From positions 1,984,001 to 2,048,000 of the forward strand of contig ML978126.1 of NCBI GenBank assembly GCA_010015805.1: DNA of 64,000 bases, given 5' to 3'. Shown one piece after another: positions 23,014 to 36,080 of the stretch. The notes under the pieces are model-generated. The model made no database searches, was not told the DNA's origin, and worked only from the letters and a program-made list of their open reading frames with translations. Source of the stretch: Rhizodiscina lignyota. Taxonomy: Eukaryota. Made by a program: the position numbers and the translations under genes. How positions within the stretch are numbered: position 1 is the first letter of the stretch; each line of letters begins with the position of its first letter.

Positions 23014-25179
23014 CTTAATCGGTCACGGGATGATCTTTTTGCTTTTCGCCAAGCTCTTAAGCAGTGTTTATCGGTTGCCCTGAACGGCGTGGGCTAATTG
23101 AAGCTCTCCAGGAGACGAGTCGAGTGCAAACACGTTGGGACGAAGTTGAAGGGGAGTGGAGGACAAAGGACCAGGCGCAGCGAAAGTTGAAGGCTGAAAA
23201 GGAATGGAATGCCAATGCCCGCTCTGCGAAACAACGGCAAATTCAAGCAAGCTTTTGCTGTGGGCTGATGGAGGAGCCAAGGCGAAGATGCAGTTTGGGG
23301 AGCTCTGATCCGCGTAATGAGCGTGGCTGATTCGACAAGGGCGCAGGCCACCGTTTCTAAACAGCGTGCAGGGATGGTGGACCTAGGAGATCCAGGGAGA
23401 CGCTCCCCAACCACAGCTTGGAGAAAGGCGCGGCGGCACAGCCTGTAGTGCGGATTGGCGGCGTTGAAACAGCAGCTGTAGCGGGCAGCGAGCGACGGGG
23501 GGAGAGCGGCGAGGTGAGGGCGCAAGAAGCTATCGAGCGGTCTTATAGGCCTTGCACGCATCCAGTCGCCACTTCCCTTTTGCTCGAGATGAGGAGATTG
23601 GACGCTGCATCTGGCAGCTACGGCAGGCACGCGCGTGGCAGTGGGCAGTGAGCAGGGAAGGTGCGCGCCGCTCATCGGCTGGCCCCGGCGCCGTCGAATG
23701 CATCTCCCCATCGGCGCTCATCCCGCACGACAGCCTTCACGTCGCTGCAATTTCCGCCGCCCATGGCTGCTTTTCCATCAAGCTTCACCAATCCTTCTAG
23801 CGCGTGTGGAGAAGCCTCCTGGTGCTTTTATTGCTGACCGAAAGCAGGCTTTCTCTCGTGAGTCCATCACAGTGGGAGTCAATTTTCCTGCGCAACGGCA
23901 TGCTGAACGGTCATGCATCAAGGTTCTGAATCTGCTCCCTCCTGCATCTGTTGCGGGACCTTGCGTTAGCCTAATCTTTTGATGCCAAAAGGAGGAGGTG
24001 ATCATCTGCTCTCACTTTTCGCATGATCCAAAGGCCCAGGCGTGACGTCCTAGGCGTCCTTTCTCCTAATCTAAAACCTGGAGGATAAATTGTTTAGCCT
24101 GGGCCTCTCCGAGCAAGTCAACGATTATGATTCAATCGAGCCTATCGACGACATACGTTTGGGTACGGCTCTCGAATCCTGGCCAGTTAAACTTCTCTTC
24201 GAAATGGTTTGGTTTCATAGAACCCTGAGACCGCACGATTGTTTGCTATCGATGGCAATGACCTTGCTCTACATCTTTCTCGGAATGCCATATGCGCCAT
24301 AGAGAATGGGCAAATATTCCGTTTGCGAAACTGCAGCAAGCCCCTGATTGCGAGCGGAGTGTATCTCTGCCCGAACTCTTCACGACTGGCTCTGTCACGA
24401 GAATCTTCCTTTATGCACGTTGAGCCGTTCTTGATTCTTAATCGGACGGCGATTGAAAACAGAATCGGCAGAACCAGACAGGGATTCGAGAGCGATCGTC
24501 ATTCTTTCTCATTGTGATTAGTATCAACTCCCCCAGAGTTTCTTGGACACTTCAGTTCTCTATCAACCTGATCATCTACGTCTTATTGGCCCACGATACG
24601 GCACTGCTATTCCTCAAGCAACGAGGCATTCACACATTCCGTCCCATACCGAGAAGGTTGGACTTGCTCAGCCTCTCCCTCGTGCGACGCTGCAACGCTG
24701 CGACTCCGCCTCACTCTCGGGAGACACTTGGACATCAACAACAAGTTCGATCCCCGCAAAATGTCTGCATCGAGCTAGAAGGTGCGAACAAGTTCATTTA
24801 TGAGCCTGTAAGGCTATAAGAAATCTGTTACAACTTCTCGCCAACTCTCGTGTAACGGAGTACCTTTACCGTAGCCCCCAAAGCTGAACGAAGGACCAGA
24901 ATTGAAGCATATGGCTTTGGTGGTGCTTCCAACGTAGGTCTACTGGGACTCGTACCTTGAGTCAATTGATGAGCTCTCCACTTTCACGATCAAGACTCCT
25001 GGATCTGTTAGTCTGCGCGAGGAGATTCAAGGTTGCTCGTATCCTATTTTCTATTTTTATGTTGCTTTGTGGTAATGGAGCCTCATGGTCAAGATGGAGG
25101 AGTATATAATGGGATCTCAGTGTGTTCTATCATCTATACAATCATTCAGTGCAGCATTTCTCAGGATTCAATCACCATT

Positions 25180-26581
25180 ATGCGTTCTTTTACTATCTCG
25201 TCATTTGCCCTCTCATTAGCGTGCTTGACTTCCTCCGCTCAAGCAGTATTCTCAAGCTTCGGCGGTGTCAACCATTACTTTCTTCCTTTCCTGCCAGCAG
25301 GTAAGCGTGATGCTATCATCACCTCAATTTATCAAGGCGGTTCCAAATCGATTCGGACTATCGGTATGCAGCGGCATTCGCAGAACATCATAACGCAACT
25401 AACAATGTGCAGTCCGACCTATTACAAGCAATTCGGAGAAAGACAGCAATGATCTCATTCTTCATGATGATGTATGTCATTGCATTTAACTTTTGCTTGC
25501 TGAATGGCCAACTAATCGCAATTAGCCCCAACATGGTCTTGGGGAAGGAGATTTTGATCTTTCCCTGCTGGACATTTACGACGATTTCCTTTCTTCGGTA
25601 AACAGAATTAGCAACGGTACTTAATCCTCCTCATGCAACGACTTCGTGCTGAACACGATCTCCGCAGGCAATATGAAAGTCATCTTCGCCCTCCACGACG
25701 CCAACAACATCCGCGGCTACAACGATCTCCCCTGCGACACCTTCTGCCAGGCCACGACAAACGGTGACCAGAGCTCGGACGCATGGCAGAACTTCTACAC
25801 CGACAGCAACCTCGTCAATGCATACAAGCTCCGCCTCTCCCAATTCCTGAACGTATACAAGTCCAAGAACTTCAACGGCGCGTCCTGGTCCACACTCTCG
25901 CAAGTCATCCTGGGCGTCGACCTACAAAACGAGCCCTGGGTGAACCAGTACCCAATCCCCTCTGGGCAGGAAACGTGGATCTGCGACATCTCCTCATACC
26001 TGAAGAATGACCTCGGCCTCGGCTCCTCCAACATCGCCGTCTTCAGTGGCGGCTTGTCTGGTGGCGCTGGACCCTTGGGCTTCGGCAATGCGCCTGACGC
26101 TGCCCTAAACTGCGCCGATTTGGATGTCATCGCGCTGCACGCGTACCTCTCCAGCAGCAATGAGAACGTGGATCAGCAGTGGTATGACCTCTTGGTTGAA
26201 GGTGGGGATTTCCGCAACGCCATCACATCGCATACTAAGCTGCTCTTCGTGGAGGAGTGGTCGTACCTCCCCGGCAACCCATCGTACACTAAGCAGAGCG
26301 ACATCTGGGCGCAGGGACACAGCTTGAACGTGCGCGGCGTGCCGTGGACGTATTGGGACGTCATGAGCGGGGATGAGAACTGTCCAGCTTGCGAGAGTAA
26401 AGAGGTTAGTGTCGATGGCGGTGCAGGGAGCAGTTGGGACAGTTTGCAGACGGTGCTGAAGGAGGCGAGTAGTGCGGCGACGGATTTCGATTGGTCGAAG
26501 TACATCGCTATGAATAGTGGAGCGACGCAGCTGCGGAAGAGAGGAGGGGAGAGGGTGCATTCCAGGGAGTGGGTGGAGTGA
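25180..26581 (+). CDS. Secreted GH5/clan A glycoside hydrolase (mannanase-like)
   Basis: Signal peptide, FGGVNHYFL, KVIFALHD, LQNEP (acid/base), DVIALHAY and VEEW (nucleophile); three introns (~25364-25412, ~25472-25525, ~25616-25667). Confidence 0.85.
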
Positions 26582-27967
26582 GATGTGGTGAGGGTTGGCA
26601 GAGGTTTCTTCAATTAATTATTTTCTCTTATTCAAAAGAACTTTCCTTAATCTTTAGTCTAATCATGCATCACATGCACTTTCTCCTTGCTGTACGGTGC
26701 TACGGCCACAGAAATGGCATCTGCTAAAGGGAAAAGTCCAAAGGTTTAATTCCAAGGCTAAACCTAAGACGCTGGGCCTGATAATGCGGCGTCTCTCGCG
26801 TTCTAATTTCAACGAGTCTATACTGCGAACTCTGTGGAAGAATGATTGCCATGTTGGTAGGACGACCTCTGCGTACGGTGTACACTGTCTCGAAGGTGAA
26901 CTGCGTAAATAGGCTAAAATTACGCTCTTTTGGCGGGGAGGCGAACGGGCTGGCTCGACCTTTCCCATCACTCTCAACCTACAATCAGCATTGAATCAAT
27001 GGCAGATATGCCAACTGCCCGAAAGGAACCGCGTATCGTGCGAGCTAGAAGCTGAGTGAGATTGAATTGATGTGAAACTTAATCTATGTGTCAAAACTGC
27101 AAGTTGAGCGCCCGCGCATGGTGCAATTACAACTCGGACCCTATGCGAAGCTAGAAGTCGGAAAGCTACGAGGTAAACACGCCAAACTCTGCGCATAGTG
27201 CGAACTCGCTCGAAGAAGCTGAACTCGGTAAGTAGGCTAGCCTCCGCACGCCGTGCAAGCTTCATGAAAGGAGATGAACTGAGCAAATAGATTAACACAC
27301 GCACATAGTATACCCTCAGTGGAAGAAGGGTTAATCTAAGTTAAAGGACTGCTCTGTCTACCTGTACAAGCCGTAAGTTGAATAGCCACCTTGAAGGAAA
27401 GCGATGATCTACATACCTGGACATACACATAGTTGAAATCCTGCATGCAACTTAACACATACTGAATCTGGCTGTACAAATTGTAAGTTGAATGCCCAAC
27501 TCTAATCAAACTGATGCTGCATCTGCCTGTGCGAGAGGGATGTTCAAGGCCTGCTCTCGACAGAACCGTTGTCAGAATGACACGACTTTGGACATAACAG
27601 GAAGTCACATGAAAAGCTTTCCGGCATCATTGTCCCCGTTCCACTTTGAACGACAATTAATCATGAATTTGGAGCAGATTGTTGATTAATGAAGATTTTC
27701 GCGAATAGATCTAAAAGTTAGCTGCAATTTATCAGCTGAGAGTATACTGATAAAGAAGTAAGCTATGTCTGGGACATTATTATGTCACAGCGATGAAGCT
27801 ATCCAAAAGATAACATTAAGGTTGATTGGGAATTGGTAGAAACATTTTATTCCTACAATGTCCGAGGCTCAGGATGCTGATAGCCCCCGGTATGTGGTCA
27901 CAAGCTGTTCCATGCGCCGCCGAAAGTATTGTACAATTTATCTCATACCAGTGCCATCTCATAGGTA

Positions 27968-28398
27968 TCAATGGCTATATCTCGTCCTCCCCTTTGCTTT
28001 CCTCCTCTTTATAATCGCTCGCCCTGTCCTCGTCCTTAGCCGCGAGAGATACCCATGCCTCCGCTTCCGCACAAGGTGGCTCATCCTGTTCGTCGTGTTT
28101 CTCGGACCATTTCGTACCTGCAGGGACTGCAGCGCAGGGTGTGCGGAAATCTTTGGGAGGATATCAAGAGCTGTCTCACCCTGCGGAAGGAGGGATTGTG
28201 ATGGCTGGGTTGGCGAAGGTAGCAGTGATGTTGGGCCGAGGGCGCGTTGTGTCTGAGGTCTTCGGATAGCGATGTGTGAGATTGAGCGTGATGAGGTTAT
28301 TCTAGGGCTGTTAGCTATTGAATTGCCGTGTGGAAGTAGAAGACATACTGCATGGAGTTGATAGCGGGTCGCGTGGAGCGCGAGATGAGACCACGCAT
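27968..28398 (-). CDS. MRPL34: Mitochondrial ribosomal protein bL34m
   Basis: Arg/Ser-rich presequence, one intron; SHLVRKRRHGYLSRLRTRTGRAIIKRRKAKGR. Confidence 0.9.
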
Positions 28399-28745
28399 CG
28401 TATTTTGCTTCGGTATGGTTGAGCTGAATAGCCTGCAGCACCTGTGACAAAGCATTGTATTTGGCTTGCGACCTCCACGGCGTTATGAAAGATTGCAATT
28501 TGAGAGTGGAAGGGACTCGCGATGTGTCTGCGGTCCGCCTCAAAATGCGCTAAAATTCAAGATGGTCCGAGCGCATAAAAAAGTTCGAAGTCCAAGTTAT
28601 TGCTCTTATTCACAGAAACCTTTCAATAATCACTGCAATTGTTCTCCTTGTCACAATGAAACCACTTTCTTGATATCTCGGTCTTACATATTCTAACATC
28701 GCAATTTTCTATCTACCTACTCTCTGAAGATCCACAGAAGCGACA

Positions 28746-29816
28746 ATGGCTCTCCGAACCGTCTCATACCCACCCACAATCATCCATCACGCCTCCACGA
28801 AACCCGTATCCCTCGAAGACGCCCAAAAAACAATAGCAGCCTACCTGAAAAACTCCAAGCGAAAACCATACCTCCATCCCGACGCCGTCCTCGAAACGAG
28901 CGGGCCTAGCTATTCCGTCCAAGGCGGCCGACAAGGCGGACTTGTCCTGCATCAATTGCGCAGAGTCGAGGCGGGACTTCGAGGAGAGATATTACAGCCG
29001 GACCCTCGCGATTTGCTTCTGAGCGGCAATGGCGATGATGCAGTGGGCGATGCACAGAACTTGAACGCTGGCGATGACAGCAAGTTGGATGCGATTATTG
29101 CGGAGGCGAAACGGGCGATGGAGGAGGAGGAAAGCATGGAGGTGGAGGCCACTTTGACAGGTGCAACGCCTGGCAAGCTGAAGTCGTCACTGAAACGAAA
29201 GGCGAGTGCATTGGAAGACGGACAGACCAATGCAGCTCTCACGAACGATGGGAGTAATGGCAAAGAGGCACAAGTCAATGGATGGCAGGATCCGGAGATG
29301 TTCACTCTACAAGAGGAGGGCACTGAGGTGGGAGAGCTTCAGAGGCACAGCAATTTCGTCGGTCAAGATGTTGCGGCTCCGCCGGTTAATGGCCTCAGTC
29401 GTAAGGACAAGGAGGCTAGAAAGGCCGCAAAGAAGGACCGGAAGAAGGCTGAGAAGAAAGCGAGAGGGCAGACGAGACATGGCAGTGGCACTCAGCTAGT
29501 CGAAGATGCAGTCGAAGTCGAGCCTAAGAGGAAGGAGGAGAAAGAGGAATCGAAGGGGAAAACTGAAGGGCTAGCGAGCCAAAACGGCGAGACTGCAGCA
29601 GTCGAGGATCAAATTGAGCCTAGAAAGAAGAAGGCAAAGAAGGACAAGGAAGGCCCAAATCAACTGAAAGAGGAGAGCAAGGTGGAGAAGAAACGCAAAA
29701 GGGAAGAGGGCGAAATGAAAGACAAGAGCGAGAAGAAAAGTAAAAAGGAAAAGAGCGAGGCAGAAGACAAGAGTGAAAAGAAAAAGAAGAAGAGAAAGCA
29801 TGGCGACGAGGGTTGA
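28746..29816 (+). CDS. Lys/Glu-rich nuclear protein; N-terminus resembles RNA polymerase I subunit A14/Ker1
   Basis: 356-aa ORF; PTIIHH...VSLEDAQKTIAAYL...LHQLRRVEAGLRG followed by a KE-rich tail. Confidence 0.6.
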   Translation: MALRTVSYPPTIIHHASTKPVSLEDAQKTIAAYLKNSKRKPYLHPDAVLETSGPSYSVQGGRQGGLVLHQLRRVEAGLRGEILQPDPRDLLLSGNGDDAVGDAQNLNAGDDSKLDAIIAEAKRAMEEEESMEVEATLTGATPGKLKSSLKRKASALEDGQTNAALTNDGSNGKEAQVNGWQDPEMFTLQEEGTEVGELQRHSNFVGQDVAAPPVNGLSRKDKEARKAAKKDRKKAEKKARGQTRHGSGTQLVEDAVEVEPKRKEEKEESKGKTEGLASQNGETAAVEDQIEPRKKKAKKDKEGPNQLKEESKVEKKRKREEGEMKDKSEKKSKKEKSEAEDKSEKKKKKRKHGDEG

Positions 29817-29973
29817 ACGTCCACTGGCATCCACCTATCACTGGCACATTGCGATTGAAATCAATTCAAGATCGACTCTAGTCAAATACCGGCGTCTGAG
29901 TTGAATCACGAGTGCTTTTCCCGCCAAGACGCCCTATAATGCTACCCGATGCTATGTTACTGTGTAGCGCGAG

Positions 29974-31522
29974 CTACAGCTCTCTATCCGCAGCCTTGGT
30001 AGGCTTTTCGCTATCGTCTGCCTTCGACACCTTCTGCGTCGACTTGTATCCAATCGCGTTCAATCTCTCCGTGAGGATAGGATGCGAGTAATGATAGGTC
30101 GAATACATCCAATCAGCCTCCATACTGGACAAGTTCTCCTTCTGTAGTTTGATCAGAGCACCGGCCAAAGAAGTGCTATATCCCAGGTCAACAGCGAATT
30201 TATCTGTTGTGAAGTTAGTATGGCTGGTAGTGGAGACATGGGTGAAGATACTCACCGGCTTGGAACTCGTAAAGCCTTGAGACCATATTCAGGGCGAGGG
30301 AGACAACAGCATCGATGGGTGCAAGAACTTCATTGAAGAGAAGAAGGGCGATGATGATTGGCTGCTCCTTGTGGAAGCCAAAGGCTTGGAAGAAGGACTT
30401 GTTGTTGACGAATGCTGAGAACATGGCGAATGTGTAGAAAGTATGTGCCTGAGCCGTTGCGAGCAGTTTCACAGTATGGCCAAGTTTCCAATGGCCCAGT
30501 TCATGTGCAAGAACTCCTTCGACCTCCTTGTCCTCTGTCTTCTCCAAGAGCGTGTCGTAGATGACGATTGTCTTCTTCCATGGGAGTCCTGCGAAGTATG
30601 CATTACTGTGAGCCGATCGCTTGCTTCCGTCAATGATATATAATTCGGACAACGGGAACTTGAGCTTCGCCGCCAACTTTTCTACGGCTTCCTTAAGTGG
30701 TCCAGGCTCTAATGGGGTGAGTTTGTTGAAGATTGGGACAATGACGATGGGGTATATCGTTTGCATGACCAGTGAGAAGACGAACACGAATAGCCAGACG
30801 TAGTAGAAGAAGTTCTGGCCGGTCTTCTGGATGATCTTCAAAATGGCGCTCATCACTGGTGCACCAATGACAATGCCCAAGCCCAAGCCCTTGATCTGGT
30901 CTGCTATCCAAGTCTTAACCGTCATCTTGTTAAAATCGAACTTTTCTTCAAGAACAAAGTTCCGATAGTAGTCCCAAGGCATATTTATGACCATTTCGAC
31001 GAGCGACCAGGCGAAGATGAAGATGAGAGAGTGCGTGATTTCGCCAGAGAATCGAGCAGGTGCGTAGCGGGCGATCCAGAGGCCGGTCACCGCCCACATC
31101 TTAGGGATCAGATCGTAGTGGAGGGTTGCGATCGACTTTGCTTCACCGAATATGCTCTTAATGAAGCCGAACTGAGCTTTGGTGCGGCCATATGCCTATT
31201 TCGCACAGTAACAGTCAGCTCAAGGCAGCAGAGTGTGTGCGCGCGATTCGAGAAGCGCACCTGGCTCTTGTCATATGTCTTCTGATCAATTTCATTTTCC
31301 AATGCCTTGGGGACCTTGGTGTGCTTCAGGACGCCATACTGTCGGAAGGCTAACCAATTCTCGAGGACGAAGTTGCCCAGAGAGAAGCCTATGATGAGCT
31401 TCTTCCATGGGAACAGCGGCCGGTCCAGAAACCTGGCCAGGCGCTATGAAATTAATTAGCAAGCGTCCTGGAGGGATTGGGGCGGCTTCAGAGCTGCGAA
31501 CCTGGAGGAGATTTTGGATCAT
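29974..31522 (-). CDS. STE24: CaaX prenyl protease Ste24 (peptidase M48)
   Basis: IDGSKRSAHSNAYF, HELGH, EFQAD and YSHPILTERL; three introns. Confidence 0.96.
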
Positions 31523-32101
31523 CGCTTGTGCACGTTGTTGTCGCGTGGAATGCGATTCTGCACGAGATCAAGGCATGGGTGTCGTTACAGTTAAGGCCAG
31601 AAGTTCCTTGCAGGCTGCCTCCAGCTCGTCGGCGGCGCGTCGGGCAAGCCACTGCCGCAGGCCAAGCCTCGAGCTCTATAATTAGGCATTAGAGTCTCAA
31701 AGGTTCGACATCTGTAACCCATCAAGAAGGCATACACAAATTAGAGATCCATGTTCAAATCCTCCAAGCAAGTGTGCTGTATGTGAATCCGCGTACTTTG
31801 TATACGTGCCGTATTGCGATGATGGCCTGCGCGATCAAAGACAGCTGTAGCTCTTTGGCCTCAGGAACCAATCGCTAGCATGCTAATAAAAAAGTTGGCA
31901 GCAAGATCTTTCCTCAATCGTTAGAACAAGGCAGTCAGTCTCAGACATCTTGCATCATCCAGACTGTCAGATACGAGTGTATGCGGGATCCGAAATTGAG
32001 CGCCGCCAGAGCGTCGCAGTGACCATCATTGACCAATCACGGGCAGCGAGGCCGTCTTTCAAGCTTTCGAAACCGTAACACACTTTCCCAGCTTCATCAC
32101 C

Positions 32102-32413
32102 ATGTCTTCACCGCAACGCTTTCCGCCTCTCCGCGTCCTCAGCCCGCCTCGAGCCCGTCGCCCGCGCCCATTCAGCTTCTCAAGACTAAGATTCTTCGCA
32201 GACAGCACGCCCAATTCAGAGCCAAAAGGTTTAAACTCGCCACGTCCTGCTCAAGTCCCGAAACCTCCTCGACAACAATCGCCTCTGCGCGTCTGGCCAT
32301 TCGCTGCTATTCTGGCCAGTGGCACTTGTCTCTTCTACCTTATAGTAAAGCAGCGAGAGGGCAAGAATCCCGTCGCGAACCGAAACGCGAGCTCGAGACC
32401 AGCAGGAACTTGA
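32102..32413 (+). CDS. Small ORF with a mitochondrial-presequence-like N-terminus and one TM helix; separate protein or alternative 5' exon of the UMP kinase
   Basis: R/S/P-rich, acid-poor N-terminus; VWPFAAILASGTCLFYLIVKQR; stop 47 nt before the kinase ATG. Confidence 0.5.
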   Translation: MSSPQRFPPLRVLSPPRARRPRPFSFSRLRFFADSTPNSEPKGLNSPRPAQVPKPPRQQSPLRVWPFAAILASGTCLFYLIVKQREGKNPVANRNASSRPAGT

Positions 32414-32442
32414 ATTACCCGTCTTTAAAAACTTCACTCTAG

Positions 32443-33166
<724 letters not shown>

Positions 33167-34776
33167 AGGGGCCACTATGTACATGGTCTGTGGCATCAAA
33201 ACGGTGGTGATTGTGAATACGACTTCTCTACTTCAAAATCCTAGTTCTTCAAAAGCGCAGCGGTATGCAAAATAGACAAAGGTCATGTTTCATATATTTC
33301 TGTCCTTACACGGAGTATGCCCGACGTTACGATATGTATCTCAGCGTATAATAAAACGCAGCATCCACACACATACGATTCTACTATCAACTCGTTCTAG
33401 AGCCGATAAATTGTGCAATGTTTCAAAGGTATGTCACTGTCTCATACACTTTAAATAGCATAGAGCTGAGCTTTCGGACATAGCCTTGCTGACCTCGAAG
33501 TATGAGTGCAGGTTACTATTAAGCGTTAGATTACTCGGCGTTACCTTGGTGTATCGCTCTGTATATAACGTAATCCGGTATTTCCATAGTGCTGCTATGA
33601 TAGTATACGCTCCAAGGAACACAGAACCGAACTTTCAGAGATGCTCTCGCTTGCCCCGAAGAGCAAGAGCTGCCTATCCTTGCATGTTACAGTACAGCTC
33701 ATCAAGCAGAGGGGCTATATTAACACTGATTCCTACATGTTACCCGAGCTTCAATGCGTTGAAGTCTAAAGGATTGAATACCTATTCGCGAAATATGCGC
33801 GAGCGTCGGCATAAATATTCGTGGAGTCAACTCATTTGCAGCGCGCGGACTTGATAAATATCACCACTTCCAACCCAGGCCAACTACTTTCATTTCACTC
33901 TATAGCAGCAAACGCTTCATCCAACCCCATCTCCCAAAGATATTCTGGTCAAGAACGGCCAAGAGCATTGTGGGAACAAACGTTAAATGGGCTTTCAAAA
34001 GAGCGCCATTAGCCAATGCACAAAGCCGCGGTCTGTGAGGCTGCTGCTGCACTCAGCCGCTCACAGACCATAAACGATGAGGCGCGGAGGAGCTGTATCA
34101 TGTTTAGCGATTCCCATGGTAGAATTTGCCAGTACAACGATCCGAAGATTCCAGTGCTGCGCCCATCTGACGACGACGTAACGAGGAAGTGTCCGGCTCA
34201 GCTTTCAAGACGCTGAACAGCGACAGCGTGTAGCGCCATGTAATCAACGAAGCGTAGAGGTTTTCAAAAATTCGCTATTGTCCAATACACTCCAAGGGAC
34301 GTATAACTAAACTTTCGGAAATAGTTTCACCTACCTTGAAGTGCCAGAGCTGCTCGCCCTCAGGAGTTAACTTGCTCGGCGGCTTCACTGTATGGCCTCG
34401 AAAGCTAATATAATACAATCTTTCCAATGGTGGTGCAAGGATCGCACACTCTTCAAAGAACGTCCAGCTGAGCCTCAACGGATAGTCTCACCTACCTGGA
34501 AGTGTAAGATATGGTCATCCTTGGACATTATAGCTTGCCTGGCGGCCAAAGTCACCTTGAGGTCTCTGATAATTTAACTTCTTTTGATGTGATCGACTTA
34601 GAGAATATCCTACAGGAGGACAAGACGATTCGAGTTGCTGAAAATGCAACAGGTTTGCTGTCCTATGCAATGTACCTCGAAATTCAAAGGCTTCTCATTC
34701 CATGCAGTCATGTCACTCCATTCGTTAGTTTGCCCGTAGAATTGTACGCCTCAATAACGCCCATATGCTGCTTCCT

Positions 34777-36080
34777 TTAGTCCACGATTCCCACATCCTT
34801 CGGCTTCTCCGGCTTGCCCGATGCCGATTCCACAATGAACTGCTGCTTCTCCCTCCTGATCACTCCCAAAACGGCTTCCAGGCTACTTCTCCACATATCC
34901 AACCGACCCGCAACCTCACGCCATTGCGCCTCTCCGAAGACGCGGTATGTGCAGCGATGGATCAGGAAGGTTTGGTTGAGCTGGCTGAGTTTCCCCTCAA
35001 TGAGACCGGCACGGATGACATCGATGACCCACATCTCCACATCCTCGGAAGGAATCTGCAACGCCTTGGCGATCTGCGCATATGGCAGTGTCCGCGTCTG
35101 ATGTGCATGGGCGGCGAGCGATGCTAGTGTGAGCAGGCGCATCTTGCGGTTCAGAACCGCACCGTCAAGACCTTCCTGTTCTATCCAGCCGTCGTGCTCG
35201 TCTTTGAAGTCGTTGTAGTCTTCCAACACATCAGAAGTGAAAAGCTCGAGAAGCTCGAAGTAGGTCTCGTCAGATTTGCGCAGTGCTTGAACTGCGTCAA
35301 GGGCTGTGAGGTCTTGGAAGTCGAAATGAGAGGGGTGGACGAGAGCGGCTTTGAGAGCGCGAAGGGCGAGAGGGCGTGCCTCGTTACCGGAAGCCTCGTT
35401 TGTCGGGATTGTGCGTAGTCCGCGAATCAGATAATCGTATGCCGAGTCCGAGTCTCCTGCTTCTTCTGCAACTTCGCTGATGGCCAGGTAGAGCTTGCGC
35501 TGCTCTTCTTCGTCCATATCCCATTGTACCAACCACGAGTCGAGCTGCTGCAGCTGTGGCTTCAACGACTCGAAGTTGGCGCTCGAGCGTATCACCTCGA
35601 GGATCGCAAAGAGGACGTGATATCGGGAGTCATCTGAAGGAGGGACGATGTTGAAGACGGTGCTCAGGACCGAGAGAGCAAGACCAGAGCCGTTGGCAGG
35701 CGATGAGGTGATGGGCTTGGAAAGATTCCTACATATCCTGTTGAGGAACATGTCCACGTTCTCTGACTGTCGGGAGATGTGAATGAGAAGGTTGTATGCG
35801 GCGATAAGTTCTAGAGAATCTGTTAGTATCACATTTTGATAGCTGCATATGTTGAACACCTACCTTTCTCTGGAGCAGCGTTCAAGACTGAACTTGCGCC
35901 GACCAAAGACTTGAGCGCTTCATCCTTCTTGCCCTCTTGCAAGAATTTTGACACGTCGCTTTGTACCGCTGAACCTTCATCTCCTTGTGCCTTCTTGAGG
36001 TTGTCGATGTACACGGCGAGCTCATCTGCAAGCTCATCGAATGAACCCTCGATGAGGAGAGTGTTGGCCGGGGCCGGCAT
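34777..36080 (-). CDS. eIF3m: Translation initiation factor eIF3 subunit M (PCI domain)
   Basis: MPAPANTLLIEGSF start; RKMRLLTLASLA and EDVEMWVIDVIRAGLIEGKLSQ; one intron. Confidence 0.93.

Noticed and set aside
23064..24819. Many short ORFs
   Set aside because: No motifs or consistent splice structure; likely UTR/promoter
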